From: Patescibacteria group bacterium
GTDB taxonomy: Bacteria > Patescibacteriota > Patescibacteriia > 2-01-FULL-39-33
DNA length: 64,000 bases
NCBI GenBank assembly: GCA_041662745.1
Contig: JBAZRV010000001.1
Span: 69,837-133,836, forward strand
Direction of reading: 5' to 3'
Part shown: piece after piece, positions 47,251 through 57,374 of the stretch
How the letters are laid out: each line of letters opens with the position of its first letter
How positions within the stretch are numbered: the stretch's first letter is position 1
Translations under genes and position numbers: made by a program
Notes under the pieces: model-generated
What the model saw: only the letters and a program-made list of their open reading frames with translations
The model's database searches: none
What the model was told of the DNA's origin: nothing

Positions 47251-48240
47251 TTATTGGTTGCGCCCATTGCTGTGTTTGCCGTTATTCATAGGACGAGCGG
47301 GCTTGGATCGATTAACCGACGTACTGCGTTGGGACGACCGGGCGGGTGACACATTGGGCGTCGGCCGAGACGAACGAGTAGGTACTGCCGCTCTTGCCGG
47401 CGCATTGCGTTGCGGCGATCGGATCGGCGACGTACTGCGTGTTGTCGGTCTGGCCGGAGTTACCGCTCTTGCCGGTGACGACTGCCGCGACGGCGATACG
47501 TGAGAGGGTTGCCGCGACGGCGTCTGACGCAAGGAGGGCGAATGGGTGTTGGGATTGCTATATTGTTGCCTGGGTGTAACCGGTCGGACAGTTTGGGGCG
47601 TGCTACGCATTGGCCTGGCCGGAGTTACCGCTCTTGCCGGTGACGATTGCCGGGACGGCGATACGTGAGACGGTTGTCGCGACGGCGATACGTGAGACGG
47701 TTGTCGCGACGGCGTCACGGAATGATTAATACCGGAACCGCCATGGGGCGTCTGTTGCCGTGGCGGTTCGCGCCTCGGTGGCGACACATGGAATGGTTGT
47801 CCGTGCCGTGGCGGTTCGCGCCTCGGTGGCGAAGAATATGATCTCGGTTGATGATGATTTATCAAAACACCATGAATGCCGACATTTACATCAACGTGGC
47901 CGTAATGATGGCCGGGCGATCGATGGAAGTGGCTGCGGTAATAAGGCGTCGGACGCCAATAATAATTCAATACCACATGATCAATCGGCACCGGGCGGAC
48001 CCATACGGTATCCACGCCAAAATAAACACGGTGCGTAACGCCTCCGGCAACATAATAATAGTGATCGGGGTCAGGATAAACCACTTCTTCCGTAACAAAC
48101 GTTTCCTTGGTAACGGTCGTTACGCCATTTTCCGATGTGGTGGTTATAACCGTTTCCACTCTTCGGTTGGTGGCGCAACCCAAAGACAGTGTCAAAGCGG
48201 ATACCAGAATAATACACAAAACTGCGGCTGACTTTTTCAT
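47251..48240 (-). CDS. lipoprotein with Pro/Ser/Arg-rich tandem repeats
   Basis: Lipobox LTLSLGCATN. The C-terminal half has repeated RQPSHVSPSRQ(S/P)S... units. The DNA shows about 70-bp tandem repeats at 47455..47525 and 47604..47680. Confidence 0.55.
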   Translation of the reverse strand: MKKSAAVLCIILVSALTLSLGCATNRRVETVITTTSENGVTTVTKETFVTEEVVYPDPDHYYYVAGGVTHRVYFGVDTVWVRPVPIDHVVLNYYWRPTPYYRSHFHRSPGHHYGHVDVNVGIHGVLINHHQPRSYSSPPRREPPRHGQPFHVSPPRREPPRQQTPHGGSGINHSVTPSRQPSHVSPSRQPSHVSPSRQSSPARAVTPARPMRSTPQTVRPVTPRQQYSNPNTHSPSLRQTPSRQPSHVSPSRQSSPARAVTPARPTTRSTSPIRSPQRNAPARAAVPTRSSRPTPNVSPARSSQRSTSVNRSKPARPMNNGKHSNGRNQ

Positions 48241-48256
48241 TTGCGGCTCCTTTCGG

Positions 48257-48463
48257 TTAGGCCTTCACATCAAAAATATTTCTTATCGGCCGAACAACTG
48301 CGGGTTGCCCGTCACTTCTCTGCTTCTTTTTCGCAAAAGGGCTTAAGTCATGGTAACAAGCAAAACAAGTCTGATTCTTACGATCATAAATCCTGGCTAA
48401 ACGGCCGCACCGGCCGCATCTTTCCGGCTCAATAAACGGCAATTTATCCATAAGCATCTCCAT
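48257..48463 (-). CDS. small zinc-ribbon protein (68 aa)
   Basis: CGRCGR...CFAC four-Cys motif. Confidence 0.4.
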   Translation of the reverse strand: MEMLMDKLPFIEPERCGRCGRLARIYDRKNQTCFACYHDLSPFAKKKQRSDGQPAVVRPIRNIFDVKA

Positions 48464-48612
48464 TGTTAAGGTTCAATTAATACTGAATTGTATCATAACG
48501 CTAAAAAATTGTCAACAGTAATTGCCAATAATTAATTTATAGACAATGGGAGCGATTTCCTATTTGGCAATTTAATTGCTAAAATGCAGTTATTAAATAA
48601 ATCAAAAAAAAT

Positions 48613-49458
48613 ATGAAAATCCTGATTATTGGCAATGGCTATATTGGCAGCCGCTGCGCCCAAGAATGGGGGAACGAGGCCATCCTATCGGATAAAATTA
48701 TTAATTCAACTGAAGACGCTACTGATATTTTAGAAAAGTTTTGCCCGGATGCGGTTTTAAACGCGGCGGGAATTGTCGGTAAGCCGAATGTTGACTGGTG
48801 CGAGGCTAATCAATTGGAAACAATCAAAGGCAATACCCTATTACCTCTTATAATTGCCTCGGCCTGCGCGCAAAAAAACATTTATTTGCTGCACATTGGC
48901 AGTGGCTGTATTTTTTATGGCCAATCTCCCGAACCAAAAGGCTGGAAAGAAACTGATTTCGCTAATCCGGAAGTAGTTTATACAAAATCAAAATATGCGG
49001 CCGACCTGGCCTTAATGAATCTGTCTAACGTCGGCATTGCTAGAATCAGGATGCCCATCGATAGCCTGCCTTATCGTGGCAACTTGATTGATAAGTTAGC
49101 TGCTTATAAACAAGTCATTGACGTGGAAAACAGCGTAACTGTAATTGAAGACATGATAAAAATTTTTTATCAATTACTATCAAAAAGGGCTAGGGGCATT
49201 TTTCATGTCACTAACCCCGGAAGCATCAAACACAAGGAGATCCTTAATTTATATCGAGAGTTGGTTGATCCGCAACATGAAAATAGCTGGATTAATGAAG
49301 CTGACTTGGTCAACCTGGGACTAGCGGTAAAGAAACGTTCTAGTAATATTCTGCAGTCAAAAAACTTGGCTGATTTAGGCATCGCCATGAGGCCAATTAA
49401 AGAAGCTTTAAGGCAAACCCTGATTGACTATGCTAAAAACAGGCGCTCGGATTCTTGA
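48613..49458 (+). CDS. NAD(P)-dependent sugar-nucleotide reductase / epimerase (RmlD-like SDR)
   Basis: Rossmann motif GNGYIGS and the catalytic YxxxK (YTKSKYAAD). The size fits dTDP-4-dehydrorhamnose reductase-like proteins. Confidence 0.6.
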   Translation: MKILIIGNGYIGSRCAQEWGNEAILSDKIINSTEDATDILEKFCPDAVLNAAGIVGKPNVDWCEANQLETIKGNTLLPLIIASACAQKNIYLLHIGSGCIFYGQSPEPKGWKETDFANPEVVYTKSKYAADLALMNLSNVGIARIRMPIDSLPYRGNLIDKLAAYKQVIDVENSVTVIEDMIKIFYQLLSKRARGIFHVTNPGSIKHKEILNLYRELVDPQHENSWINEADLVNLGLAVKKRSSNILQSKNLADLGIAMRPIKEALRQTLIDYAKNRRSDS

Positions 49459-49571
49459 CTTTTTATTAAAAATTCAGTAAACTGCAATAGTAAATTAGGA
49501 TATTAGGTGAGGACGTAGTACCTGCCTACCGGCAGGCAGGCGCGCCCATGGTATCATAGCGGAAGTAAAAT

Positions 49572-49630
49572 CGGGGTGGAGTATGTCGGTAGTACCTGCC
49601 TACCGGCAGGCAGGCGCGCCCATGGGGTGG
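49572..49630 (+). pseudogene. truncated tRNA-Pro 5' half (acceptor, D arm, anticodon arm) carrying a 19-nt palindromic insertion; repeat unit 1
   Basis: CGGGGTGGAGTATGTCGGTAGTAC-[CTGCCTACCGGCAGGCAGG]-CGCGCCCATGGGGTGG, then a breakpoint. A more degenerate copy lies at 49507..49571. Confidence 0.6.
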
Positions 49631-49796
49631 TTTAAAATCCATCAAAGATTTTAAAAGGTTAGAAGTGAAATAAGCGCGAGAGCGCGAAATTGAACGATCA
49701 AAAATATGCCAGTGACATATTTTTGCTAACCCTGGACGAGCTGAGCGAGAGCGAAACGAGGTTTAACTAAATACCGAAAACAAAATCGGGGTGGAG

Positions 49797-49855
49797 TATG
49801 TCGGTAGTACCTGCCTACCGGCAGGCAGGCGCGCCCATGGGGTGGTTTAAAATCC
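49797..49855 (+). pseudogene. truncated tRNA-Pro 5' half with the same palindromic insertion; repeat unit 2 (225-bp period)
   Basis: Identical to 49572..49630. The 165-bp spacer sequence that follows each truncated copy is also repeated. Confidence 0.6.
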
Positions 49856-50001
49856 ATCAAAGATTTTAAAAGGTTAGAAGTGAAATAAGCGCGAGAGCGC
49901 GAAATTGAACGATCAAAAATATGCCAGTGACATATTTTTGCTAACCCTGGACGAGCTGAGCGAGAGCGAAGCGAGGTTTAACTAAATACCGAAAACAAAA
50001 T

Positions 50002-50072
50002 CGGGGTGGAGTATGTCGGTAGTACGCGCCCATGGGGTGGGTGTAGACGGGGTTCAATTCCCCGCACCCCGA
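50002..50072 (+). tRNA. tRNA-Pro(GGG), intact, no encoded CCA
   Basis: CGGGGTGGAGTATGTCGGTAGTACGCGCCCATGGGGTGGGTGTAGACGGGGTTCAATTCCCCGCACCCCGA. Anticodon loop ATGGGGT (U33, G37). All stems pair. Confidence 0.8.
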
Positions 50073-50080
50073 CATTATTA

Positions 50081-50122
50081 AGAATCAAAAAAATCCCTAA
50101 ACTGGGATTTTTTTGATTCTAA
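50081..50122. terminator. bidirectional intrinsic terminator (AGAATCAAAAAAATCCC-TAAACT-GGGATTTTTTTGATTCT)
   Basis: Long perfect inverted repeat after tRNA-Pro and the convergent 50178..53534 gene. Confidence 0.55.
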
Positions 50123-50177
50123 AACTTTAGTGATACCGATAACCAAAAATATAATAAGTTAAGATAAACAGAACAGT

Positions 50178-53100
50178 TTAATCTTTTAAGTTAGGATTGT
50201 ATCTAAATAAAGCTTCTCGGCCGTCTTTATAACCATCGCCGTCACTGTCGGCATTAGCCGGTTGAGTATTATAGATGTTAGTCTCATCGCTATCGGCCAG
50301 ACCATCTTTATCGCTATCAATAAAACCGGCATCGTTCCTGATATAATCATTCTCAAAGCTTGATTGGATAATGATTAATCGGTTCTTCCATTTTTCCCCA
50401 AAAATATCAGCTGCTTCCTGCTCGCTAATATATTTCAAATTATTATTGCCAAAAACCATGTAAACTCTGGGACTATTATCAAAACTAATCAAGTTTGATC
50501 CGGGATTAGCCCTAACATGATCCCCTTCGGTTAACGCATCAAAGGTTGCTTGGTTGATTACTTCTACTTTTTGTTGCGCCCAAGCGCCGGTATGCCAAGT
50601 CCAATAAGTCGCCTCGTTAACATATAAATGCCTTTTATTATCGTCAGTCACATGATAAACAGCTGGATTGTTTGCTACTTTTATCATTCTGCCGGCAGTA
50701 TAAATTCCCTTCCCAACCGTTGAAGCCGTCGAACTGCTTTCAATAATTGAACTGCCACACGGCTGGCTCTCGGCCGGCCTCGTGCTGTTTTGTTTACAGC
50801 CGTGACTATCGGTGCAGGTTCTAATCTGCGTACCATTAGAACAAGCCATCCAAGCCGTGCAACCCCACTTAGGCGTACAGGCTGAAGCGCAGGTTTGAGA
50901 AAGCGCCGGCCTATTGGCAACCGTACCGCAACTGCTTGAATCGGCGCATGTTCTGGTTTGATTATTGCCGGAACAAGCAGACCAAGAGCCACAAGTCCAA
51001 TTTTCCGTACAATCCGATCCGCTTGAAGCGCAGGTTTGAGAAAGTGCCGGTCTGTTGGCAACCGTACCGCAACCATTACTGTCAGTGCAGGTCCTGATCT
51101 GGCTATTATTAGAACAAGCAGACCAAGAACCACAAGTCCAATTTTCCGTGCAACCGGAAGCTGTCGTTGGTTTGATTTTAATTGCAATATCCTTTGAGAA
51201 ACTGGGTATTGATCCGGTTAATACTCCGCCGACGGTCTGAACCTGCCCCTCGCTAATCAAACCGCCCGTTCCCCAAGTATTATAATATTGTATTTTGTAA
51301 GTACCGGCGCTAAGGCCGGGTAAAGTGAAAGTAGTATTGCTTATAACTCCATTGTTTTCTAATCCATACTGACTCCCGATATCATAAACCCATAAGTAAG
51401 CGGAATTATTTCCAACTAAACTGATATTTTGCAAAATATGAGAATTAAAAGCAACTGAAGTGGGACAGCTGAAAGAATAATCTTTGATATAAAACCAATC
51501 GCGGCCGGTATTTTTAACCTGGATTGTGTGTGTTCCGGCCGGGATAGAAGCCTCCAATTCCAGATTTGAGGCTCCGGCGGCCGGCGCCAATGAGGCAGCC
51601 ACCACCCCATCAACCAAAATCTCCATGCTGCTCGGCAAATAAGCGTAATTGGAAACAGAGGGAATAATAAGCTTGATAGTTGCCGGCGCATCAAAATTTG
51701 TATGAAAAATTGGATCGGAACGAAGGCTTTCTTGGATTGTTCCATGGAGATTAACGGTCATTTTTTCAAAATCTTCTATTTGCCCGTACTGATCAACATT
51801 AAATATTCGCTGTTGAGGCACATCATAAAAATTAATAAGGCCGGGAAGATTAGAACGAACAACAGTCTCTCTGGCCATCGTTTGAGTGGTTACCTGCACC
51901 TCAGTATTTATAAGGCCCTCATCGCCCCAAGTCTCGCCGTCCATAAAAAGGAATGGCGGTTTGAAAAGTTGATATAACCTTAAACTGCCACCGACATAAG
52001 AGGCGTACCAAATATGGGCTGATGATTTTAAAAACAACGATTCCCATATAATATTATGAAGATGCAATCCTTCCGCTAATTGCGAACGATACGGTTCGGA
52101 GAAGGAAGAATAAGTGAGTTCCGGCGCGTCATCGTCAGCTCCTAAACCAAATTCACCCGTAAAAATCGGCTTGCCATACTGACGAAGTTTTTCTGTTGAT
52201 GATTTAAGATAAGCGAAAATATCAGTGGTATAGGAATGAAGCTGTATTATATCCATATTGGACAACGACCAAAACGGTGTTTCGTTGGCTTCAGTGTATC
52301 CGGCCTCAACGCTGGTAGTAATGGGGTGGTCAAAAGGATCAAGCTCCTTGATAAACCGCGCCATCTCCTCATGCCAAGCAACGATAGCGTTTCGGTTGCT
52401 GGCGGCTCCGCTGGAATACATCACCTCATTAAATAATTCCCAACTTTGGACGGACGTGGAATAACCCCAGCGGGCAATAATATAACGATATTTATTTTTG
52501 GTTAGACGAATTGCTTCTGCGTCGGTAAAAAATTGTTGCGGGTTGGTCAGCCAACCGCCATAATCTGAATTAGCGCTGTTATAAGGATTATTGCGCCACT
52601 CGTCATAATTAAGAAATTGCTGAAAATATTGCAAAACAAGCTGAATGGCAACACCATTTTGTTCGGCAAGCTCAATAACCCTGTCTAATCGCCAAGAAAT
52701 TTCAAGGCCGTATTGACCAACGCCATGATAATAGGGCGGCGGGCTGGTAATATTTTTGGGAGTCCATTCAATATTTTCTCCGGTATTATAACTGCTCATC
52801 CAAACTCTTTCCCAAGTAACGCCATTATCATGCATTTTTTGAAAATGAGCTGTCCACCAGGCTAGGCCGGTATTGTTACCGGCGCAAATTTGATTATAGC
52901 CAATAGGGGCAAATTGTTCTCCTGTTGTCCGTCGCAACAAAGAATGATCGCGTGAATCTATGCGGATAAAACCCTTTTTTGCCGAGGAGACGCATTGAAA
53001 ACTATTGGCGCCTGGAATAGTCTGGGTGCCAATGCTGTCAGTCACACTAATGGTATAACTATGCGTGCCGAATTGGGTGGGAGCAAAACGAGCTTTCCAA

Positions 53101-53534
53101 GAAGGATTACGGCCATTGCCATAACGTTCGGGATTGCCGGCTGTAATATCATATTCCATATAATAAAAAGCAGGGACAACCTTACTTGTTCCATCCGGTT
53201 GGATAAAAGTCACATCCACCTTTATCTGGTCGGCATCAAAAGGATTTTTATAAGTCGCGGTCTCAGAAGGATTTGAATAATTTCCTTCCAAAGTAAAGGT
53301 TAATTCAAATTTTTCATATTGGCCGATACTGTTTGAGTTTTGGGATTGGGAAATAACCGGATTATCACCCGTCAATGCTTGAGCCACATTAATCTGTCTT
53401 GCTAGGCCAAACCCAAAAAACATTAAAATTAAAGTAATAAATAAAAAAACAGCTGGCCATAAAAACTTGGCTATAGCTGTTTCAATTTTGTTACGACCGT
53501 TTAATTTCTTTATTTTCCGTGAAAATAAAGCCAT
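50178..53534 (-). CDS. large secreted/anchored multidomain protein: GH5-like (clan GH-A) catalytic domain, three Cys-rich 40-aa repeats, and C-terminal TSP type-3-like calcium-binding Asp repeats
   Basis: N-terminal signal anchor. ELFNEV (acid/base NE) and IFTGEFG (nucleophile GEF) motifs of GH5. Three repeats of CTENWTCGSWSACS..QIRTCTDS.GCGTVANRPALSQTCAS. C-terminal DSDKDGLADSDE...DSDGDGYKDG. Confidence 0.6.
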   Translation of the reverse strand: MALFSRKIKKLNGRNKIETAIAKFLWPAVFLFITLILMFFGFGLARQINVAQALTGDNPVISQSQNSNSIGQYEKFELTFTLEGNYSNPSETATYKNPFDADQIKVDVTFIQPDGTSKVVPAFYYMEYDITAGNPERYGNGRNPSWKARFAPTQFGTHSYTISVTDSIGTQTIPGANSFQCVSSAKKGFIRIDSRDHSLLRRTTGEQFAPIGYNQICAGNNTGLAWWTAHFQKMHDNGVTWERVWMSSYNTGENIEWTPKNITSPPPYYHGVGQYGLEISWRLDRVIELAEQNGVAIQLVLQYFQQFLNYDEWRNNPYNSANSDYGGWLTNPQQFFTDAEAIRLTKNKYRYIIARWGYSTSVQSWELFNEVMYSSGAASNRNAIVAWHEEMARFIKELDPFDHPITTSVEAGYTEANETPFWSLSNMDIIQLHSYTTDIFAYLKSSTEKLRQYGKPIFTGEFGLGADDDAPELTYSSFSEPYRSQLAEGLHLHNIIWESLFLKSSAHIWYASYVGGSLRLYQLFKPPFLFMDGETWGDEGLINTEVQVTTQTMARETVVRSNLPGLINFYDVPQQRIFNVDQYGQIEDFEKMTVNLHGTIQESLRSDPIFHTNFDAPATIKLIIPSVSNYAYLPSSMEILVDGVVAASLAPAAGASNLELEASIPAGTHTIQVKNTGRDWFYIKDYSFSCPTSVAFNSHILQNISLVGNNSAYLWVYDIGSQYGLENNGVISNTTFTLPGLSAGTYKIQYYNTWGTGGLISEGQVQTVGGVLTGSIPSFSKDIAIKIKPTTASGCTENWTCGSWSACSNNSQIRTCTDSNGCGTVANRPALSQTCASSGSDCTENWTCGSWSACSGNNQTRTCADSSSCGTVANRPALSQTCASACTPKWGCTAWMACSNGTQIRTCTDSHGCKQNSTRPAESQPCGSSIIESSSTASTVGKGIYTAGRMIKVANNPAVYHVTDDNKRHLYVNEATYWTWHTGAWAQQKVEVINQATFDALTEGDHVRANPGSNLISFDNSPRVYMVFGNNNLKYISEQEAADIFGEKWKNRLIIIQSSFENDYIRNDAGFIDSDKDGLADSDETNIYNTQPANADSDGDGYKDGREALFRYNPNLKD

Positions 53535-53648
53535 ATTTATTAGATCTTTTAAATTATTATGAAATAATTACCATTCTTTACTTATTCATTTTAACATATA
53601 AAACAGTTTTTATCCAACATTTTATCTATCTTTTAAGCCATAAAAACA

Positions 53649-53683
53649 AAATTGTTACGTAGCCTGCTACGTAACAATTTATC
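53649..53683. terminator. intrinsic terminator (AAATTGTTACGTAG-CCTG-CTACGTAACAATTT)
   Basis: Perfect 14-bp inverted repeat downstream of tRNA-Pro(TGG). Confidence 0.5.
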
Positions 53684-53697
53684 AAAGTTTCGTCTTA

Positions 53698-53771
53698 TCG
53701 GGGTGACACGACTCGAACGTGCGACTTCTTGCTCCCAAAGCAAGCGCTCTAGCCAACTGAGCTACACCCCG
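53698..53771 (-). tRNA. tRNA-Pro(TGG)
   Basis: Reverse complement CGGGGTGTAGCTCAGTTGGCTAGAGCGCTTGCTTTGGGAGCAAGAAGTCGCACGTTCGAGTCGTGTCACCCCGA. Anticodon loop TTTGGGA. Confidence 0.85.
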
Positions 53772-53866
53772 TAAATAAAATTACGAACTGCGAATTAAAA
53801 ACTACGATTTAATCATTTTTTTCGTAATTCATAATTCGCAGTTCGTAATTATTTTACAATTCAGGA

Positions 53867-54181
53867 TGCCGAGGGCGAGAATTGAACTCGCGACACAAAG
53901 ATTTTCCATATGCTTGCTTGAGTTTCCTCAAGGATTGGACTATTTCATCTTCGTATTCTTACGAACTTAGAAGTCGGGCGCTAATGTGAGATTATTGTTG
54001 GGACTCACTCACTAGTCTCTACACCTTTTCCGGAAATTTTACCCGCCGGAACTTGGCTCGAGATTGCCTATTCGTTAAAAACGAATTTAGGTTTCCTCGA
54101 ATTCACCCGATTTTCATTTTAAGGTTTCCCTTAAACGGACCAAAAATCAGTCTTCTGCTCTACCACTGAGCTACCTCGGCA
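53867..54181 (-). tRNA. tRNA-Phe(GAA) interrupted by a 243-nt group I intron in the anticodon loop (exon 1 54150..54181, intron 53907..54149, exon 2 53867..53906)
   Basis: The exons join to GCCGAGGUAGCUCAGUGGUAGAGCAGAAGACU|GAAAAUCUUUGUGUCGCGAGUUCAAUUCUCGCCCUCGGCA, which resembles E. coli tRNA-Phe including the GUGUC variable loop. The intron starts with G, ends with G, and follows a U. Its core contains CGAGCCAAG...AAGGUGUAGAGACUAG, as in Azoarcus-type IC3 introns. Confidence 0.75.
53907..54149 (-). ncRNA. group I self-splicing intron (IC3-like) inside tRNA-Phe
   Basis: P1: exon GACU pairs with intron GGUC (G-U at the splice site). P2: UUUAAGG-GAAA-CCUUAAA with a GNRA loop. The P7 region reads GUAGAGACUAG. 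The last nucleotide is G. Confidence 0.65.
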
Positions 54182-54268
54182 AATTAGCTTATAGCTAATG
54201 GCCAATAGCTTATAGTAATTTATTAAAAACTATATGCCATACGCCATGAGCCATATGCTTTTTCGCTG

Positions 54269-54342
54269 TGCGCATACCAAGATTCGAACTTGGGACCTCG
54301 TCATTATCAGTGACGCGCTCTAACCAACTGAGCTATATGCGC
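54269..54342 (-). tRNA. tRNA-Ile(GAT)
   Basis: Reverse complement GCGCATATAGCTCAGTTGGTTAGAGCGCGTCACTGATAATGACGAGGTCCCAAGTTCGAATCTTGGTATGCGCA. Anticodon loop CTGATAA, variable loop AGGTC. Confidence 0.85.
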
Positions 54343-54382
54343 ATAATAAAGGGAGAAATCTCTCCCAAAGAACGGCAAAAAA

Positions 54383-54646
54383 TTAATTCAAATAAATGCA
54401 ATTCTTGGCGAAAGTGACTTTAAATAAATTATCGGAAAAAAATTTGATCAATTTTTTCCGTTCTTCCGCTGACAGAACTGGCAGATGAATCGTATCACTA
54501 TAAGGAATATAATTCTCACCTCGGCCGTCGCACAAAATATACATCCTGCCGAAGATGAACTCTACCCATTGATTTAAGGCGTGTAATTCGCGAATAGCAT
54601 TAAGCGCAATAGTGTTACATTTGAAATCATCCGGTTTTGGAAACAT
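54383..54646 (-). CDS. small hypothetical protein (87 aa) between 16S and tRNA-Ile
   Basis: ATG with a strong AAGGAGGG SD 5 nt upstream. Lies downstream of the terminator that follows 16S. Confidence 0.4.
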   Translation of the reverse strand: MFPKPDDFKCNTIALNAIRELHALNQWVEFIFGRMYILCDGRGENYIPYSDTIHLPVLSAEERKKLIKFFSDNLFKVTFAKNCIYLN

Positions 54647-54737
54647 TGCTCTCCCTCCTTTTTAGTTTACAATTCTAAAAGAACAAAATCACTTAATTAA
54701 TATATCAAAATAATGCCGGTTGTTCAATATCCATTAA

Positions 54738-54780
54738 AAAATCCCGACTCCCGCTCTTCCGCGGGGCGGGATTTTTTTTG
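54738..54780. terminator. intrinsic terminator hairpin (ATCCCGACTCCCGC...GCGGGGCGGGAT) with a T8 tract
   Basis: GC-rich inverted repeat with A/T tracts on both sides, 100 bp downstream of the 16S 3' end. Confidence 0.45.
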
Positions 54781-54882
54781 ACAACTAGATAGCGGTAAAA
54801 AGCTTTCCAAACCCATTCTTATGCCTTTCGGCACAAGAGCGACCATGAGACAAATTCGTGAGAACTGTCTCAATTTCTCCTT

Positions 54883-56358
<1,476 letters not shown>

Positions 56359-56607
56359 AGATGAATAAAAGGGTTCCTTATCAACACCGAAGTGAGATAA
56401 AGAAATTTCATTCAACTGGCTTTGCAACTAGATTACGATCAGTTGCCAACCGTTTTTTGCTTTATGACTTGCGCTAAGGGCGCGCCGGCGAACCGGTTGT
56501 CATAAAGTTGGATTGAAAGTATTGTAGTGAATTCGGTTTACTCCGCGGGGGCGGAAACGAATTCATAATAAACTCAAATTTAAATTCTTTGGTTTGGTGC
56601 TTTTTAC

Positions 56608-56624
56608 CACTATTCAGTTGTCAA
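56608..56624 (-). promoter_or_regulatory. second copy of the conserved 17-mer TTGACAACTGAATAGTG, about 250 bp upstream of 16S
   Basis: Identical to 33988..34004, which lies upstream of 23S. Confidence 0.4.
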
Positions 56625-57374
56625 ATTTCATTTCTCAACACTCATCCGCCTTGTTCTTCCTGTTCTCCTTTGTCATTCCCGCGCAGGCGGGAATCCAGGT
56701 TTTATGGATTCCTGATATTTTTGTTTCGGCCATTAGGCCTTAACACAAAAATTCAGGAATGACAGGGTGAGGAAACGGCTGATTTTTGAGTTAAGAAAAA
56801 ACAGAGGGATCCGACTTGACGAACTTTGCCTGAAGCAAAATTCATTTCAGATACCACTGTTTTCCCTTTTTTATCTCACCGCAATATCAATGCCGGCGGA
56901 TAAAACAACTTAATTTTGATTTCTTTTTGGGAAAGAGTTTGGTGTTAAGTTTTTACCCTCTAATTTTATCTTATTTTAGAAAGAATGTCAAGGATAATTA
57001 ATAAAGAATAAATAATAAGCCAAAATCATTACATTATTAGCTAAATTTAGACAAAATTAAGCCAAATAAAAACCGCCGGCCTTAACCGACGATTTTTGAG
57101 TAAACTCATTTATGCACAGCATTTGCACAAACCCGCTTTCATTATTCAGCGGCTTCTTCAGCCGGAGCTTCGGTAACTTCGGGCATAGCTTCTTCAGTGG
57201 CAACCTCGGCTGTCGGCTCTGCGGTTTCTTCGGTGGCAGCGACTTCTTCAGTCGGGGCAACAACAGTATTGTCGTCGTCGCCTAAAAATTGAAATGACAT
57301 GTGTTTGTGGTTATTAGTTAATTATTTTTTAATCATACGCTACAAATGGCGATTCGTCAATAATTGGAAATGAC

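Noticed and set aside
49507-50072. CRISPR-like array. Repeats of about 60 bp are separated by about 165-bp spacers.
   Set aside because: The spacers are identical to each other and the repeats are tRNA-Pro 5' fragments. This is a tandem duplication, not a CRISPR locus, and there are no cas genes.
50684-51240. ORFs 50684..51187 (-, alternate frame) and 51055..51240 (+).
   Set aside because: They fall inside the Cys-rich repeat region of the large GH5-like gene. The repetitive DNA creates long alternate-frame ORFs.
57057-57300. Track ORF 57057..57263 (-) and an alternative-frame acidic 52-aa ORF 57142..57300 (-) rich in E, A and T.
   Set aside because: Both are low-complexity frames in the 16S upstream leader region and neither has a convincing SD. 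They cannot be distinguished from chance.
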